From: Candidatus Cloacimonadota bacterium
Lineage (GTDB): Bacteria > Cloacimonadota > Cloacimonadia > Cloacimonadales > JAJBBL01
Length of the DNA stretch: 64,000 nucleotides
Direction of reading: 5' to 3'
Assembly: GCA_019429305.1 (NCBI GenBank)
Contig: JAHYIR010000003.1
Coordinates: 100,293 to 164,292 of the forward strand
Part shown: positions 59,735 through 64,000 of the stretch, piece by piece
Layout of the letters: each line of letters opens with the position of its first letter
Position numbering within the stretch: the first letter of the stretch is position 1
The notes under the pieces: model-generated
The model's database searches: none
Told to the model about the DNA's origin: nothing
Seen by the model: only the letters and a program-made list of their open reading frames with translations
Made by a program: the position numbers and the translations under genes

Positions 59735-61090
59735 CTACTTCTTTACCCCATCAGGCAAAGCAAGATTGGTTATGATCGCCGTCAAGCCACCGGTAGTGAC
59801 GGGCGAGGAGAAGATATTCTTCAAAGTTTCCGGAAAATGGTTCAAAACCTGCGGCACAAGCTGTACACCCAATCCCAGAGCAAATGAAATAGCGATGATC
59901 ATCATGGCACGACGATCGATCTTTTGTGAAGCGATGATCTTGATGCCTGCTGCTGCTACTGTTCCAAACATGATGATCGTAGCTCCCCCCAGCACCGGCT
60001 TCGGCATCTGCTGAAACACTCCTCCGATCACAGGAAATAGACCCAAAAGAACCAGAATACCGGCAATATACATCCCCACATAGCGACTGGCAACACCCGT
60101 AAGCTGAATGACACCATTATTCTGACTAAAAGTAGTATTGGGAAATGTATTGAACATCGCTGCCAGTGCAGAATTGAAGCCGTCTCCCAATACTCCACCC
60201 TTGATCCTTTTGATATACAATTCACCCTGAATTGGCTCGTGGGAGACCATGGAAGTTGCTGTCAGGTCACCGATCGATTCTATCGTAGTAATAAGATAGA
60301 CCAAGGCAATGGGTATAAAAGCTTCCCAGCGAAATCCAAAACCGTATTTGAACGGTATGGGGATGCTGACAGCAGGAAGATCTTTTAAGCTGCTCAGATC
60401 GACAATACCCAGAAAGAGAGAAACAATATATCCGGCGATCAATCCGATCACAATAGAACTCATGCGCAGAAATTGATTACGGCTTCGATTAAGGACAACG
60501 ATGATTATAAGAACCAAAAATGCCAATCCTAAGTTCGCAAAATTACCAAAGAGTTCCGGTTTGTTATCCAACAACCACTGTCCCCCTGCCATATCGGTTA
60601 GTCCTACCCTGATCAAACTCAGTCCGATCAAGGAAACAACTATTCCTGTGACTGTGGGAGTGATTATCTTCTTGAGATGATGCAGGAATCTGCTTAAGAT
60701 CATCTCGATAAAAGCACCCAGAAAACACATCCCAAAAATTACACCAAGAATTTCTTGCGAACTGCCACCGCTGCTTTTGATCAGCATACCAGCACCGAGA
60801 ATAGCTCCCAGAAAGGCAAAGCTTGTGCCTTGAATACTCAGAAGTCCCGAGCCAATAGGACCGATACGCTTGATTTGTATGAAAGTTGCTACACCGGAAA
60901 CTATGAGCGACATGCTGATCAGATAAGGTATTTCAGTACCCAAACCCAAAATGCCGCCGATCACTAAGGTCGGTGTAATTATACCGACAAAGATCGCCAG
61001 CAGATGCTGAAATGCGGCAAAGATCGAATCACTAACGGGTGGTCTGTCAGCCAAAGTATAGATCAGATCAGTTTGGTTATCTTCCTTCAT
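59735..61090 (-). CDS. NCS2 family nucleobase (xanthine/uracil/purine) permease
   Basis: About 13-14 TM helices. Motifs AFQHLLAIFVG, SFAFLG and TFSQNNGVI are typical of NCS2 permeases. Confidence 0.85.
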   Translation of the reverse strand: MKEDNQTDLIYTLADRPPVSDSIFAAFQHLLAIFVGIITPTLVIGGILGLGTEIPYLISMSLIVSGVATFIQIKRIGPIGSGLLSIQGTSFAFLGAILGAGMLIKSSGGSSQEILGVIFGMCFLGAFIEMILSRFLHHLKKIITPTVTGIVVSLIGLSLIRVGLTDMAGGQWLLDNKPELFGNFANLGLAFLVLIIIVVLNRSRNQFLRMSSIVIGLIAGYIVSLFLGIVDLSSLKDLPAVSIPIPFKYGFGFRWEAFIPIALVYLITTIESIGDLTATSMVSHEPIQGELYIKRIKGGVLGDGFNSALAAMFNTFPNTTFSQNNGVIQLTGVASRYVGMYIAGILVLLGLFPVIGGVFQQMPKPVLGGATIIMFGTVAAAGIKIIASQKIDRRAMMIIAISFALGLGVQLVPQVLNHFPETLKNIFSSPVTTGGLTAIITNLALPDGVKK

Positions 61091-61113
61091 TTTCTATATT
61101 TCTCCTTTCGGCA

Positions 61114-61142
61114 AATAAACTCAATCGAAGCTCGATTGTCAA
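61114..61142 (-). promoter_or_regulatory. Candidate promoter of the permease gene with an embedded palindrome
   Basis: Minus sense TTGACA-N17-TTTATT. The spacer contains CAATCGA-gct-TCGATTG (61122-61138). An AAGGAG RBS follows. Confidence 0.35.
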
Positions 61143-61288
61143 AATAAAAAGTGTTAATAGCATTCAAAAGAAACTGTTTTTCATTTGATTTAATTACTTG
61201 CTATCCTTCCTCCGAATTTTTCTACCTACTAAATACTATCTAATACTTACTTCTTTCAATTCCTCTCTCTGTCGGTTTTTCCCCTTCC

Positions 61289-61352
61289 TCTGGGACATCT
61301 TTGTATATCCGTGATTAATTTCTTGTTTTACTTCCAAAGGATTTTCTTCTCC
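61289..61352. repeat. Degenerate copy (cluster C) of modules M2 and M1
   Basis: cTGGGACATCTttgtAT... and TTGTTTTACTTCCAAaGGAtTTtCT resemble clusters A and B. Confidence 0.45.
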
Positions 61353-61402
61353 TACTTATGCCACTAATAATTAAATAGCTAAGAACTCTTTTTTAACATT
61401 AG

Positions 61403-61452
61403 GTGCTCTACGAGTCGGCCCTATCCGACTCGTGTACTCCTTAAGGTTAAAC
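61403..61452. repeat. Dispersed palindromic element, copy 2
   Basis: ACGAGTCGG-ccctat-CCGACTCGT followed by CTCCTTAAGGTTAAA. Same orientation as copy 1. Confidence 0.8.
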
Positions 61453-61473
61453 AGGAGGAATATAAAATTATCT

Positions 61474-61767
61474 CTACTTTTTCCCTAAACCTTCAACAAT
61501 CCACTTCATCTTGAATTTGACACCCTCCTTGATCAACAATTCTCTCTGTAATTTTCTTCCCGCTTGATCTTTGAGGGCTATCTCTCCGGTAGAGCTGACA
61601 ATACGCCACCAAGGGAGATCATGCTTCTCTGAACAGGCATGCAGAATACGGGCAACCAATCTAGCTCCTCTTGGTATGCCTGCCATTTCTGCGATCTGAC
61701 CATAACTCGTAACCTGCCCATAACCGATTTGTTTGATCGCTTGAATGATTCTCTCACTTCCTGACAT
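61474..61767 (-). CDS. Alkyltransferase-like (ATL) protein of the MGMT DNA-binding-domain family, lacking the acceptor Cys
   Basis: TSYGQIAEMAGIPRGARLV helix-turn-helix. The active-site position reads PWWRIV instead of PCHRV. Confidence 0.75.
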   Translation of the reverse strand: MSGSERIIQAIKQIGYGQVTSYGQIAEMAGIPRGARLVARILHACSEKHDLPWWRIVSSTGEIALKDQAGRKLQRELLIKEGVKFKMKWIVEGLGKK

Positions 61768-61806
61768 AATACAGCTATTTTACTTTCTGGGATAACTTAA
61801 GAGTAT

Positions 61807-62190
61807 TTAATTTTCCGGTACTTCACCGAATTCGTTTTTACCTTTATCCCCTTCCCTAAACATCAGCAAAAAATTATATAGAGGAACTATTATGAACCAT
61901 CCGCTATTCCCTGTATCATGCAGGCGGCGAACAGTAACAGCCAGAGAAAGGAGCAGAATGAAGACTTCAAATAGTAGGTCAAATTTGGTTACACCGTATA
62001 TCATAGCAATTTCGGTGTAATTACCCAGATATTTGAGCAAATAATGAATAATGAAGTTTATGATTAAAAAGGTAAAGTATTCTCTTCTCCCTGCCCGACT
62101 CTGAAAATCACGAAACTTTCGCCAAGTTCCGAAATAATTACTCAGGATCAGCTCCAGATCAAATTCCGCTAAAAACTTCTGAAAATCCAT
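61807..62190 (-). CDS. DUF805 family inner-membrane protein
   Basis: GRREYF, TM helices and the RRLHDTGNSGW motif. Confidence 0.8.
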   Translation of the reverse strand: MDFQKFLAEFDLELILSNYFGTWRKFRDFQSRAGRREYFTFLIINFIIHYLLKYLGNYTEIAMIYGVTKFDLLFEVFILLLSLAVTVRRLHDTGNSGWFIIVPLYNFLLMFREGDKGKNEFGEVPEN

Positions 62191-62788
62191 ACTCTCTCAA
62201 TCCTTCATTCTTTCAGCTATTCCAATCTTTAGTTTGCTCCTCATCCGTAACAGTTCACTCGTAACATATTTCTTCTTTGTTATGCTTCAACGGAGTGTCA
62301 ATTTTTTTATGTTCTATCTATAATATCTGACTAATCATATGTTTTATACCGGTCACTCACTAAAGCTTCTTGATTTTTTATTAACTCTTATTGTTTTTAT
62401 AATGTTAGCAACTATGGCCAAATTATTTCCCGGATGAACCATAGATCTGCTATTAATAGTTATGTAAGTTTACCTTAATAGTAGGTTACGCCATTGGAGG
62501 AGTTGCTGCATTAGACATTTGTGTTATTGAATCTTAATTGTAAAAACTTTTCTAATCCAATAAGTTAGATGCTATGATTTCTCAATACGCTTTTGTTTTC
62601 TTCATTTACCAATAAACAAGACAAAGTAAGATATGAAAAAAGGTCTATATATAGATAGTAAAGTATTTATATAGTGTTGGAATTTACATCAACATTTAGG
62701 ACTTGACTGGGAATTCAAACTTATGATTCAAATCCTTTACTCTTTAGTATATCCCGAAACTCGAATTTACATAATAATTGTTTTTTAT

Positions 62789-63409
62789 TTAGTTTTTCCT
62801 TGATACCGTTCCTGTTTCAATATTATAGACGTATCCCCATTCACTTAGGTCTGCCAGTGCCAGTACCGGATCACTATAAAGGGGGAGTAAATTCATATCA
62901 GAGGGGTCGTATAAGTTCTTTCCAACCATATTTCTGAGCAAAACGGCGTAATAAGTTTCTTCAATTATCCATTCAGCCCGCCACCAAGTCACGGAATCAA
63001 AAAAATGATCTAAGGTAGCACGATAGGCCTTTTTGGCTTGAGTTTTAGCATTCTCGCTACCACCAACAGTGTAAAGTTCATGAAGTGATTTGGCGGTGAA
63101 AAACTGATATTCGCCTGTAGGTGAATTGGCGAGAATGGTTGCCCACAAATAGAATCTTGCTTTGGCAGAAGGACACTGATCATTCAGTTCCCAGATATTT
63201 TCCATGCCGACACTAGCATTAGCGAAGGGATTTTCTGGATTCATCAGAACAGATCTGTCCGGATGGATGCCTTCATTAACCCCGTATAGGTTCAGAATAT
63301 AGTCTGTAGGTAGATCAATTAGATTCACAATGTTACCGGATTTGTGTTCACAAGCAGTAGTCAGTATCAGTAAGAGAGCTAGGATGATTAGTAAGGATCT
63401 AGTTTTCAT
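62789..63409 (-). CDS. Hypothetical (probable lipo)protein
   Basis: Signal peptide ending LTTAC. 12 nt downstream of the barrel gene. Confidence 0.6.
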   Translation of the reverse strand: MKTRSLLIILALLLILTTACEHKSGNIVNLIDLPTDYILNLYGVNEGIHPDRSVLMNPENPFANASVGMENIWELNDQCPSAKARFYLWATILANSPTGEYQFFTAKSLHELYTVGGSENAKTQAKKAYRATLDHFFDSVTWWRAEWIIEETYYAVLLRNMVGKNLYDPSDMNLLPLYSDPVLALADLSEWGYVYNIETGTVSRKN

Positions 63410-63421
63410 GAGTATCTCCTT

Positions 63422-64000
63422 TTAAAAAGTATATCTGAAATAGAAGCCCGTCTGAAACTCGTAGTCATTTATAACATCAGAGTTTGCGTTTACGGGTGAG
63501 TTTTCATCAAGGGTTCTCAGTAAGGATCTGAAACCAATTCTACTGGAAGTATCCTTGTTGAGTAAATTATCGATTAGCACTGAATAATCAAACATAAACT
63601 GGTAAGGGAAGGTAATATTGAACTGACGATACCAATCTAATGGCCCCCAGGCATCTTTTTTAGCATAGGTGGAGAGATAGTGTTTTTGGGAGATAACAAA
63701 ATCTGTAGCCAAGGAAATATAATTCGGAGAAGTTCCTTCCGGACTGCCTGAAGCTTGCTGTTTGCCTCCTTCCAGGTTGGTGATAATTTTCAGATTGGGA
63801 TTGGGATTTAAAATAAATCTACCTCTAACTAACCAGACATCCTCAGCCGGCATACCGCTGGCAAAGGGAGCGTTGGTCTCACCTTCCTGATAGTAGAATA
63901 GATGGGCATCAGTTTCAGTGCTGTAACGGGAGATATTTGCTCCAATACTGAAAGCGAGTCTTGCATCTTCCCGTCTATCGCTGTCCCAGGCGTAGAAAAA
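63422..64000 (-). CDS. Outer-membrane beta-barrel protein, N-terminus outside the window
   Basis: I translated the frame upstream of the track start (63853) and it stays open to nt 64000. Alternating beta-strand pattern and terminal ...GFYFRYTF. Confidence 0.65.
   Translation of the reverse strand, partial: FFYAWDSDRREDARLAFSIGANISRYSTETDAHLFYYQEGETNAPFASGMPAEDVWLVRGRFILNPNPNLKIITNLEGGKQQASGSPEGTSPNYISLATDFVISQKHYLSTYAKKDAWGPLDWYRQFNITFPYQFMFDYSVLIDNLLNKDTSSRIGFRSLLRTLDENSPVNANSDVINDYEFQTGFYFRYTF

Noticed and set aside
1-64000. CRISPR arrays, transposases, integrases, phage, toxin-antitoxin or known defence-system genes, and recoding (in-frame stops in conserved genes)
   Set aside because: I looked through all ORFs and intergenic regions and found none. 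All conserved genes read through in the standard code.

Overview
AT-rich, tightly packed bacterial chromosomal window with about 60 intact genes and one tRNA. I found no rRNA, CRISPR array, transposase, integrase or prophage genes. Most of the content is housekeeping: purM, guaA, polA, prfA, rpmE, rpmB, recA/recX, clpB, mscL and tRNA-Phe. There is also an anaerobic energy-metabolism block made of a four-subunit 2-oxoacid:ferredoxin oxidoreductase, methylmalonyl-CoA epimerase and a Na+-translocating methylmalonyl-CoA decarboxylase. Other modules are a Znu-like metal ABC importer, an ECF sigma/anti-sigma/Spy-like envelope-stress operon and purine salvage genes. The least ordinary part is 3.2-21 kb. 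Here a complete Ton set (TonB-dependent receptor, ExbB, two ExbD, TonB) appears co-operonic with a 1034-aa orphan secreted protein, a PorV/FadL-like outer-membrane barrel and a T9SS C-terminal-domain (CTD) cargo. Two further giant surface proteins follow. One is a GLUG-repeat protein with a C10 homopolymer just after its signal peptide, and the other is an orphan lipoprotein. The 1034-aa protein and the barrel share an unusual DxDGDGLxDEDP acidic motif. Several intergenic regions carry dispersed, modular short repeats and a conserved palindromic element. These produce spurious ORFs, sit mainly in 3' regions of minus-strand genes, and are not explained by any annotated feature. The T9SS-type CTDs, the Na+-pumping decarboxylase and the low GC suggest an FCB-group anaerobe, possibly Cloacimonadota-like. 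That is inference and cannot be verified here. All functional calls rest on motifs read from the translations. No database search was run.
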